A stretch of 64,000 bases of DNA from Ylistrum balloti. Lineage: Eukaryota. Made by a program: the position numbers and the translations under genes. Position 1 is the first letter of the stretch, and each line of letters opens with the position of its first letter. The stretch spans positions 992,001 to 1,056,000 of the forward strand of contig NW_026781970.1 in assembly GCF_031769215.1 (NCBI RefSeq), written 5' to 3'. The notes below the pieces were generated by a model. That model was not told the origin of the DNA. It made no database searches and was given only the letters and a program-made list of their open reading frames with translations. This document shows, one piece after another, positions 11,901 through 23,900 of this stretch.

Positions 11901-14900
11901 TACTATATTTTTTTTTGCATGACACATTTATAAAACCTATAAATATGAATGTATACTCATATTGCTTCATTAGGTCAATATTTTTACTCGGTTATGTTTT
12001 CTTAATGATGAATCAGGACATTCTTTTATCACTTTGTTACAGTTATGGAGTTGCTTGGTCTGGGAGAAATAAACTCTGACCCACTTATCAGTGCTCTGAT
12101 AAGTAGACCTCGCGTTGTTATGGGTACGTCATACATTATTACTCCTTCACTTTTAAACAAATACGCGGCAGATATTTCATTCGAGATTTAACACAGTATT
12201 TGATTCGCATAGAAATAAATAGCGACATTATAAACAATATATACAGTCTGCAAATATTCATTCGCATATAAAGATTGGATGTGAAAAGTTAATAATTTAT
12301 TTGACCCCGATTGACACCAAAATGTCATGAAATTGACCCCAAAAGGTCATTGAAATTTCTCTTGATTGCGAATGTTACTTGTGTTGAGAATCATTAGAAA
12401 ATTATTAAACTCATTAAATTATGCATTAAACATTAGATTACAAATATTTCATTTGGTTTATTTTTTTATAGATTAGAATAGGTATAACCTCATTGTGTTT
12501 TGAAGATAGCAACGACATATTGTGATGATACAGCATCAGATATCCGTTTTTCAGTTTTTGCTGTATGTCTCTCACAGAATTCAACCTTCGACAGTACACA
12601 AATTTCATATAGAAGTATTATCCCCCAATTATCATAACTTTTCTCTTTGTAAAACAGGTGAACAAATTGTCTCCTTTAAGACAGTGCAGCAGGCTGAAGA
12701 TGGACGAGATGCTCTTGCGAAGGAATTGTATAGCAGTCTTTTTAACGGAATCATTGACCGAATCAACCTTGTTCTCAGACCTGAACAAAGCAATTCTAGG
12801 TACGTTTCAATATTTACATATATCCTACTAGATCACCCACATTTCAATTCTACTTATGTTAAAGTCCAATATGCATGTATGATTACATATGTTTCTTCTA
12901 ATGGGTTCTTCACTACCTATATGGATTAGTCAGCAGATTATTGGACTGCACAATCACGGATGATATCTGAGGTGCTTGGTTGATGCCATCTACCCGTAGC
13001 GAGTTGTACTACAAGGAGACCAGTCTCCTTGAAATGACCCTGCTTGTTCACGGGTGACAATCCATAATAACATGTATCTATATTGCTCGGAATTCTAATG
13101 ATTTTATTCTTTGATTATGGAAAAAATATTGTTCAGTATGAAATTTCATTGAGTAATTTATGTCTTCAAAATAGTTTGAATTACTTTTATAGAGATGGAC
13201 ACTCGCTCACCATCGGAATTCTTGATATCAGCGGATTTGAAAATCTCAGGTTGAACTCATTCGAACAACTTCTTATCAACATGACCAACGAGAGACTACA
13301 TCAATACTTTCAACAGCAGATCTTCGATGCGGAGCGTGCAGATTACGTGAGGGAACAAGTGTCAACTAGTGACGTCCCATTTAAAGATAATAGTGACGTG
13401 TTGAAGCTGCTTTTCGAGGTAATATGTGTTTAAAAACCTTGATACATGTGATCATTGTTGTAACTGTAAGACCATCATAGTCATTCCACTTTAAAATCAA
13501 TAATTGGAAATCGGAAATTAATTATGCTAATTTTCCATTTTATTCATAAACACTTAATATATTCAGAAAAAGATGTTGTTTTTTTCTACTCAGAAAATTA
13601 TACATATCTATGATAAATTCACATTTTTCATGACTTTTTTTTTAGAGTATTTTATTTTAGCTCTAGAATTTCACATTTCTGTCACACAATTAAAACGTAC
13701 ACAAAAGCATGCGATCTAAATCTAACAAAGTACAATGTAAAAAGAAAACTTTACTTTGATACAGTCCCCAGGCGTGCTGTCCATTTTGGAGGAAGAAGTG
13801 GTCGTTCCGAGGGCCAGTGATAAATCTCTTGTAATAAAGATGGACAAATTCCTCAACACATCGCCATGTTACCACAAGAAAAGATCTCTCATGTTCGGTA
13901 TTGTGCACTATGCCGGAGAGGTAGGTTAGACTTATATGTATAGACTTCTGATTTCATGAATGTTTATGACTTTCTAATGTAGTGGTATGTGTCGTCATAT
14001 CCGATACTTAATATACTTGTAAGGCTTACAAGTACAGCTAAAACTTGCCTAGGTGTTAACCTTCAATCATGGCATGTTTTGGTCCATATTAACATCATGT
14101 AGTGATCATCTATGTAATCCTAGAATATGCTCACCGCAGCACTGGGTCGGTCGAGCAAAGGAAGAGAAAGCTAGAGGTCTCGGGTTCGAATCTTAGTGTA
14201 GGAACTGAAATAAATTATAGCTGTAACGATGGTGCATGAACATCGTTGTAAAGCGTGGAAACTCGAAGACAAATTATTTTCTGGTTAATTTAAGCCACAA
14301 TATACCGCCGGGCTAAAGAGATCTCTTTCACTCGATTGGTTGAGCTTATGAAGTGGCAGGATTCCAGCTTCGAGTTTAAGAGGAAACATTGAAACGAAAA
14401 ATAACCTCTGTTACGGCTATATTCCCATAATCGTTGACGTTAAAGACGGAAATGTGATCGGCGATGTCATTATATGTCGCTTATACACAAATGTTTATTT
14501 GTAAACAGGTCAATATCATTAAAGTTTAAGTTCTCTATATTACAGTAACTTCTACCAAATACATGTCACTGATATATCACCATGGACACTTACATATGGA
14601 ACATCTATACCATGTGGGTTAAGTGTACAAATAATCAACAAACTAGTAGCAACCATATTTAAACGCAAGCCATAATGGAAACAAACGTACTCCTATGCTT
14701 AATATTTTATATACAATTTTCATGGAAAACGAAAGTAAAGTAGTGTCGGTTGGAAATTTTCCGAGAAGTTTTATCACTGACTTAGTATTATTACCTATTA
14801 AGCCAACAAGCCCATCGTAATTCGGTCATATAAACTAAAAATCGATAAAGAAAAGTTGGGAAAAGTCACGTAAGCAAGAGATACAACTGCTCTCTGTCAG

Positions 14901-17900
14901 TATTAGGATACCTATTTGGCATTAAGAGTCTTCCCACTAAATGATCGATAATCTGTCGTCGATATATGCATTTACAAATGTTCATGAAGTACTGTTTTTG
15001 TCCTCTCAACTGCCCTCTCAAACAAAAATATATATTGTTTCTGTGTTTGCTATTACCTAAAATCAACAGAAGGCAATGAAACAGTTATGAGGTTTCGGTT
15101 ATATTACCCTCTTGATGCAAACGGAAGACACTTTTATTTGATCATATTTACAGCGCGCTTGAACCCATAACCTGGCAAGTCATTTGGAATGTGAACGTTA
15201 AATAGCATTGAAGCCAGCATGTACAATAAGGCATTATAAGCAGTGATTTGAAATACGGTCTAAATGACAATACACAATAAACTTACTACTATAAGACTCT
15301 TTGATACGTATTTAGATATCAGTCAGTATGTTTAAAAAATAACTTATACTACGGATTTCATTTTTTTTCCCCTCAATAACATTTGTTTGTAACAAACAGG
15401 ATTCATGCCATCTCAGGTAAAAATGCCTTATCCATGAACGTGTACCACAAAGAGAATCAGCACTATCAATGTCTGCTTAGTCACAGGTCACAAAGTTGAA
15501 AAGATTATCAGAAATATATTTTGTGTATTGCTTGGTTCCATGAGCTCATTTTTGTCTTAATAACTATGCATACTACTTTATTTATTACCAGGTGAAATAC
15601 AGTGCTGAAGGGTTCCTAGAAAAGAACAAAGGGATGCTGTCAGAAAACCTCCGCGAATGTTTTCTCTCTAGTGAAAATGTGTTTGTCAAAAAATATTTTA
15701 TTGAAAACTTCCGCTTCATGAATGAGTAAGTAGATATCTATCTTTGATATGTTACATACCAAGAGAGCAAATCACCTCATTGAAAAAGGGAATATTATCA
15801 GTGACGAAATAGTGTCAAAATTGAAGGAAAACTTTTAGTTGATAACTTTTTAGTTCATTACCCCGATCTAAGAAATAAATTACAGTGCAACTAAAAGTTC
15901 AGAAAACTCTCCAATGTGATAATGAATATCTCCAGTGATTAACCAAAAGCCTTTGTTCAATAATAATGCTTATTTTTGTTTTTCGTTATATATTTTTGAA
16001 TATTCACACCAGTCTTCAAATCTGAATGTCATAATCAAATTCATATTGAAACGGAATGTGTTTTATTTAGATGATTGATGCCCCAATGATTCCTCATTGC
16101 AGGTCTGGACGGGGTAGTCTTAGAGGAAGTTTTCGGTCTAGATTGGAGGGACAGAAGATAAGAGGGAGGTATGAAAATCTGTATCAAATGTTAAAATAGT
16201 CAACTAGTTTTCTTTTTCACAAAATATATTTTACATGTTGATAATTAATGTTGAACACAGATAATTTCATTAACTGAATTATTCATGACTTAAACTTAAG
16301 AATTTTTCTGAAAACAATTCTTAGACAAGTGTGTTGTTCTCTAAAGGGATTACATTTTAGATATTTTTGGTTTGTTTGCTTTTCAATTAGGAGAACATTT
16401 CTATGATCATAAACTCATCGGGAGCAAAATAGTGCAATAATTCCCTAATTCACTCTTGTTGTAGTATGTGCTGAATGACAGCCATTTTATCGCTCTCGTC
16501 TCCTGTATTAGCGAAAAGTTATAATTTCATACCTATCGTATTTTTGATTCTATGCTGAATAGTTAATCCAACTTTAACTATGTATTCTGAAAAGTTAAAA
16601 CTCATCTCTTTACCATTTTCTACATACTGAATAGTTACAATCGCAGTACTTTATCCCCGTAATCAGATTTTGTTTACAGAATAGTTAGTCGTTTAGTTAG
16701 TCTTTAGCATCATCAATATAAAGGATATCAAATGTGTTTGGTTTTAAAATGAACAGACAACGTGAAAAAGGTTATAACTATAATATATTTTGCATTACAG
16801 TACAACTTTTATGTGTTTTTAGACATATGGTTACATTGCGTTATGATGCTTCAACTTTTATCGATGTAGGCTAAACTCTGTTGGTGAAGAAAAATTTGGT
16901 GCCAAAGCCGGGGGCAACAAATTGTATGATAGCGTGGCTAGTCAGTACAAGGTAGGCCAATAATACATATTACAATGTTGTTAACTTGAGGTCGAGCTGG
17001 ATTCGGTAAAGGGACCAATATTGATTTTGCTAAGATAAAAAAAAATAATTACAGCACTTTGGACAATTTAAGATTTCTTACAAACACAACATAATATATA
17101 ACATTATATGGTTTTGCGTTATCGTTGTTATTAACCATGTTCTCATTTTGAGAACTTGACATTGCTTAATTGAATTGATCAATATTCACATGGCGATTGT
17201 CGTTAATGTTTACCTAGATTTTACGGACGAGTGTCAATTCTGCACATCCCTGCAAATTTGACACAAATCGGACGGCCTATTCGGCCTTGACGCTAGGGTC
17301 TAACACGAGTAGGACGACCTTAACGCTTAGTCTGGCATGAATAGGACGGCCTTATCGTTATAGTCTAATGGACCTAGGCGCAAGGGTCTAACAGGAGTAT
17401 AAAGGCGTAATTAATAATAATAAAAAAACCTGGCACGAGTAGGATTGCCTAATCATAATGAGAATAGAACGGCGGAATCGTTAAGTCATGACCCGAAATG
17501 AACGGTCTAATCGCAGAGTCCGAACATGAGTCTAATGGTCCGATCCCTAAGTTCTGACACGAGTTGGGCGGTATATTGCTACAGTCTGGCATGAGTTGAC
17601 GGCCTTATCGCTTAGGTTTGGCACGAGTAGGACGGCCTAGTCGGAAGGGTCTTATGCGAGTAAAACTGCATATTGCTACGGTCAGGCACGAGTGAGACGG
17701 CCTAGGCACAAGTGTGTATAGATATTACAGTTACCAGATGTCATCAATTGATAAACTCAAAACACAAGTTTTGGAGATGCAGGTTGATGAAAAATATGGA
17801 TCTTATAGTGATCTCATTTAAGGATTGAATCTTGCTTATGTCGATTTCATGGGATGACGAATTGAATTGGTCTTGAGACAAATTTAATGAACTGCGAAGC

Positions 17901-20900
17901 AATTTATGTTGAATTTGTCGACATAAGTAAGATTCAATTCTTATATTTCAATTCACGCTTCTTTTTTCTATAGCATGGAAACTGAGGCAGTTTATTTTCT
18001 ACTTTCATTTTCGTTTCTTGTCATCATATCGTCTGCCGTCATACAAGCAAATAGTCCGTCATTTGAAGACAGATTATTGTGAAGGTTGAAATATATTTCA
18101 GCGTGGTTACTTAATATTCAATGAAACTTAAATAAGAACAAAATTTGATATATATTTTCGACAACTTTAATGAAAATTTAAATAAAAGTGTGCAACAAAG
18201 ACAGTATGCATTTGCCCCACAGAGGAATAACGTCTAGACGTGGTGCGCCGGTTCGTAAACGAGCATTTTTTTACAGGCACCGAAGCAGAGAGCAAGAAAT
18301 ATCAGTCGCTTCACATTTTTCTAATTTTGAAACGTAAAGTTACAGTTATTAAATGTTGAATTAAATTTTAATTTTGATGTTTTTAAATCTCATACTTGTG
18401 GTATATTGCCAGTCTAGTAGAAGTTGGGGAGTTTTCTCCCCTTACCTAATATTTGTATTCATACGCAAAGACAATGTTAATCTGGTCAAATTCATTGGTA
18501 AATGAAGCAGATCACATTTAGTAGTTTCATTGATTCTGATTTTGGTAGAAATAGAAATATTTAGGATTGTTTTGCTTTTTTGTGTGATATGAAGGTGAAA
18601 GTGTGTGATGCTTTTTAGTTTCCTTGTTGTTTCATATGTAGTTTACATTATTCTCATTTTAGACATAACTTGCATCAATTGACCGATATTTACATGGCAG
18701 GTGTCGTCACTGAAGCATTTTAGTATTTTCTTCATTGTTGTTTGAAATATTTATGTTCAGCTTATATGCAAATTTTGCTTCATAAATCACATATGCAATT
18801 GATTCCAAGGTGCCTCTCCTGTGCTGAGCATAATTCTGGATCACCAAAATAGTAATTTACGAGGCGCCCTGTTGCACACATCAATGCCCATGACAAGTGC
18901 AATGAATGCAATGAACAATTATTTAGAACTATTTTCTGCAATGTTATTAGTTAAAGATGGGCAGTTGATGACAAAAGGGAGGCAATCCATTTATGAATGT
19001 TGAAATGTATATATATCTGAATCGTACAAAAACATATATATGATATATGTGTGTAAAACACTACAGTTAAGTAGTTATATCACAGTATCTCGCTCTTTCG
19101 AATTCATTATTCTCGGCAAACAAAGGTTACATTTATTGCCAAAATTATAGAAAGATGAACATATAAATGAATATGCCCTCGTGAGATATAAAATGATTAA
19201 AATATTTTTAAAATGTTTATAATGGTATGGAAACCTGGTATTAATTACAGCTGTATACAACATGAAGTTGATTAAATAACCTAAAATAGATGTTAGAATG
19301 AAAAAAATACTTTTAATAAATGAATATATTGCCGTGAAATCACAGTTATATTATTTGGGTATCGGTTATTGTGAAAAAATCATCATATTTCTGATATTAA
19401 GTAGTTAAAGCAATTTAATGACATTTGTTATCATTGCAGAAATCATTGAAATGCTTAATTGACAGAATATCGACGGCCAAACCAAATTTCATCAGGTAAG
19501 ACTAGTTATTTGAATTACATATGCAACGCAAGAATTTTTGATACTTAAGAATAATGTAATGTAGCATAAAGCACCCAATTATTTCTCCTAAATCAATTCA
19601 CACTTTTTTTTTTATACATTTCAATGAACCATGATTAACGTTTATGAAACTGTTTCAAGTATGTAATAAACCTTAACTAGAAATAGTTAAAAGTATCTTC
19701 ATGAATTAAATCAATAAAAATTCAAATTGTATTTAATGCATTTTTTAAAGATGTATAAAGCCCAATTTTGAACTAACATCTGGAAAGTTTGATCGACGTC
19801 TGGTGACCGACCAACTTACTAGTAGTGGCCTGTTGGAAGTTGCAAAAATCCGGAGAGATGGATATCCAATCAGAATGAAGATAGACGTTTTCCGAAAAAG
19901 GTTCGCATTGTTCAAAGTCGTTATATGAAACAAGAAATTTTCAGAACGAAAAAGTTTTTTCCCTATTATTCATGTACTTCGTGCTGATACGAAATGGTAT
20001 GAAATTGATTCTTCTTTGATGCTGCAGGTATCACGTGATTGAAGAAGAAATGCACTTGGTGGACAATGACGACAGAAAGATAGCCGAGGTCATCGCGCAG
20101 CACTGTGGGGTCAAGGATTACAAAATAGGGAAGTCCAAGGTATGTTTTAAAGGGGTATTAAGTAGCTATTTCAAAATCATTCAATGGTTTGTGATAAGTA
20201 AAGTCATGTTCTCAGTGCTGAACATGGCGATATAATTATACACGTACTCGGCTATGCCCAGCGTACTCCCCGTGTACTCCGGTTATTTTCTCCCAAACTA
20301 AGATCTCTCGCGCGGTTCCATCCGAGACTACAAGAATGATTTATGTAAGTTGAAAAGAAGCATCGCAATTGTTGTAAAATAAATAAAGTTAATTATTATT
20401 ATAACGTTCCTTTCGATAATATTGATAGACATAATACACGACCTATTATACCATATGCTGTGTTTTTCATTGCAGATTAAGGTTTGGTGGTCCTTATTGT
20501 TTTCAAAGTATCAAAAGATTTGAAATTCCTCTGTTTTCAGCCTACTTATTATTCAGACAAGTTAAATCTTTATACGTTGAAATGACAGAAAATTCCTTTG
20601 TACTAAATTTAAATCCTTTGTTTCATACTTTCAGATATTCCTGAAACAAGACGGTATTGATAACATAGAAAAGAAAGTAGCGTCCATGGTATGCATAGTC
20701 TATTTATTGTACATACGGTTTAAGCGAAGAAGAAATATCTTAAAACATGAAATAAATCTTATATCTGATCTGAATTTGGCATATCTTATTATCTCTTGCT
20801 TTTAAAACAATTGTTATAATTAGCTCCAGGAAAAGAAAGAACGACAAAAGAAAGAGGAAAGAAAAAAAAGGCAAAGACAATCATCAAATCAGCATCACGA

Positions 20901-23900
20901 GGACAGTTTCGATAATATTAGTGAGGCTGGTTCTGTCAGTTCTGGATATTCAACACCCTCGAACGGCCAGGTTTCAGTTGAAAAGCCACCATCATATTCT
21001 GCTCTCTCAGACATAGAGGCAGATCAAAAGAAAACTGATTCAAATAGTGTGTCATCGAAGAAAGCTTCGTATAACCCTTCAGAAATTGAAGAACAACTTC
21101 CGTAAGTTTTGTTTTTTTCATCACTTCATAACTTTAATACTTTAAAGTGTTTCCGTTTATGTATATAAAAATGGTAAAGACCGCGTTGGTGTTTATATTA
21201 AGAATGTTTTTTTATTTAATCTCAAGCAACGAATAAAACCCTTGAGAGGGTTTGCTTAACCTGTTGAATGTTTCATTCCTTCAGGGCCTACGATGTTTTC
21301 CGTATTACCGAACGAGATGTGGACGAATCGAACGAATTTGAGGAACGAGCGTTGAAAATTATGAGACTTTCTACATGTGTTATGTTGTTTCTTGGAATTC
21401 TTGGTACAGGGACAGCAAGTTTATTGGGCGTTTTGATGACGACTTCCGGCATCAGATTGGTAAGAACATTTGAACAGAAATTAACATTGATTCATCAAGA
21501 TCAAATACCTTGGCGTTGTTATATTTTAAAAATTGTATGTTAAGATATCACACTCAGTTTGCTAGGTGTATTGTGTAAAATATATATTTTATCTAATTTT
21601 CTACATCATAAAATCAATATCTATCACAGGACCACACTCACAAGGACCAATTGATTACAGAGATTCTAGTATGCTACAGTATACCACAGGGTATCACCTG
21701 CCTTGTCTCCTCATTAAAAATTCTCTTCGGTCGAAAGGAATGGCCAAAACTACAATACCTTTTCTTCGTAAGTAAATGAACATGAGGGATTTTTTCCAAA
21801 GTGTCCTATTTATGTAAAATGGACAAATAAAAAAGTACCCAGGATTTCAACATTTAACAATATGTTTTTGAATATAAATTTGAATACCGATATATCAATA
21901 TAGATCCTGTAGCGTATACCCACGATGTTGTGCTACCTAAAGTGAAACAAATAACTCTCTTAATGTATTAAAAAAAATTTTTTTAATAAGAAAAATTATA
22001 ACTAATAATGATTTGTTAAGGTATTCAATATAGCTATGAAAAATACTTTTCGTTTCAGGCGTTACTGCTTAATGCAGCGCAGGCGTGTGGTACTGGATTT
22101 CTTGTGTACCGAATTTTGCCAGAGTATGACACCGTATCTGGAATAACATTGACACTAGCCATTGCCCAGCTACCAACAATACTTAATATTCATCGCCAAA
22201 TTTTCAGACGCCGTAAAAGAAAACTGAAGTTCTTCAAGAGGCTATTTGTAGCCACTTTCTCTATTCTAGCAAGTCTTATACAATTTGGGTTTAACCCAAT
22301 GGTGTATATAACCGAAACATTTGTGCCGAAAGATTCTACTTCCAAAAATGAGGTCTTTCTAACAGTGTCACTTTTTCTTGTTTCCTTCGGCTGGTGTGAA
22401 GCATTTGCTGGAGAGGATATTGACATTGGTTTCATGACCATACCGTTTAAGAAATGGAGGCACGAGATATCTCAGTGTCGAGATAAGACAAACTTTGTAG
22501 CTTGCCCACTTAAAGTGGGTATATTTTTTCTATGTGCCTACCAGTTAGTTCCCGGCGTGACATTTGCTTTTCCTTTGCCAGTGACGTATAAGGATGTCAA
22601 TGTTTCAGTACCAAATAGCAATGAGACAACCATTGAACAAGTAGCTGTATACCAGTCCTTCTTTTCGACATATACACTAATGCTGATTCAAGTGATTTCT
22701 GGATACCTCTGCAGTTATCTGTGTGGAATAGCATGTAAGATCCACATGCAACGATTCTCGTTCTGTCTTGCGCTGTTTTTTGTTCCTATCCTCGCCATGA
22801 GTTTAACTATATGGAGGTGTATGGAAGGTCAAAATTCACTTCCGGTTTTGGAAGGGACAATTGCGTGTCCAGATGATTTGTCTGTTGACGGTTTAAAAGG
22901 AGTTCTTGGCGTTGCGCTGGCTTTGATGTTGTCCCTTGTGATGCTGACATTGCATGTTTGGTTCCCTTCAACAGAACGCATGGCAAAGTTGGAGAGGTAA
23001 GTGTTTGCGAACAATATTGCTCGTGCGACGTCAATACATTGATTTGATACATATGTATTTCATGTTTTATCATTACGTTTGCTTCGACAATACATTCTGA
23101 CTCATTATTTGTAGATTAGATATATTCTGTACTTACTCCTTTATCAAACAGTATGTAGTTTGTACTATTGCCAATGGCACAGGAACAGGCATTTTCATCA
23201 TTAAATACATGTATATATATAGGTTCATAAAGGTTCACTGAATTATGCAATAATGTCTTTTTTTTTAAATATACCTAAGGAAGACTAAGATGATGAATGT
23301 TGTACGTTTGCAACACCTTTTTTTCTCAGAGAAAACTTGGATATTCACACAAATTCATGATTAAATTCAATAAACACATTTGTATGAAGAAGATCTAAGG
23401 ATAATTTCAATGTTTATAAATGCGAATCTGAATATACAGAGTGTTAATGAGTCGTATCTCAAAGAAAATCGAAATTATCTTACATCATTTTTTCAAAAGG
23501 AAATTCGTTTGAGATGATTTGATTTCAATTATCACAACCAATAGATGAATGCATTTTTAAGTAACACTTATCGTCAGTTATATAAAAACGGCTTAAATTT
23601 GAGATAATAAAATCTGAGTGTACTAAGCGCGAAACAGTAAATATTTGAAAATTCCATGTATGGTACAATTTTAATTAGAATCGTGCAATTTTTATAGTGT
23701 TTCAATAACCAAATAGCTAATTTAACAACGAATACTTCATGAGGAGTTATAAACAGATATTTGGAAATGTACTGATAAGATCAACAGAGAATTTAGGAAT
23801 GCATTAAAATCGCACGCGTCTTTGTTTAGATGTTATATACTATATTAATGGTGAATGTAGTGACCGGATTTCTAATATCGTTAATTTCTCTGAATTGTTT

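Noticed and set aside
14130-14210. Possible tRNA gene
   Set aside because: Only the A-box and B-box-like motifs remain; acceptor and anticodon stems do not form, so it is reported as a SINE head instead.
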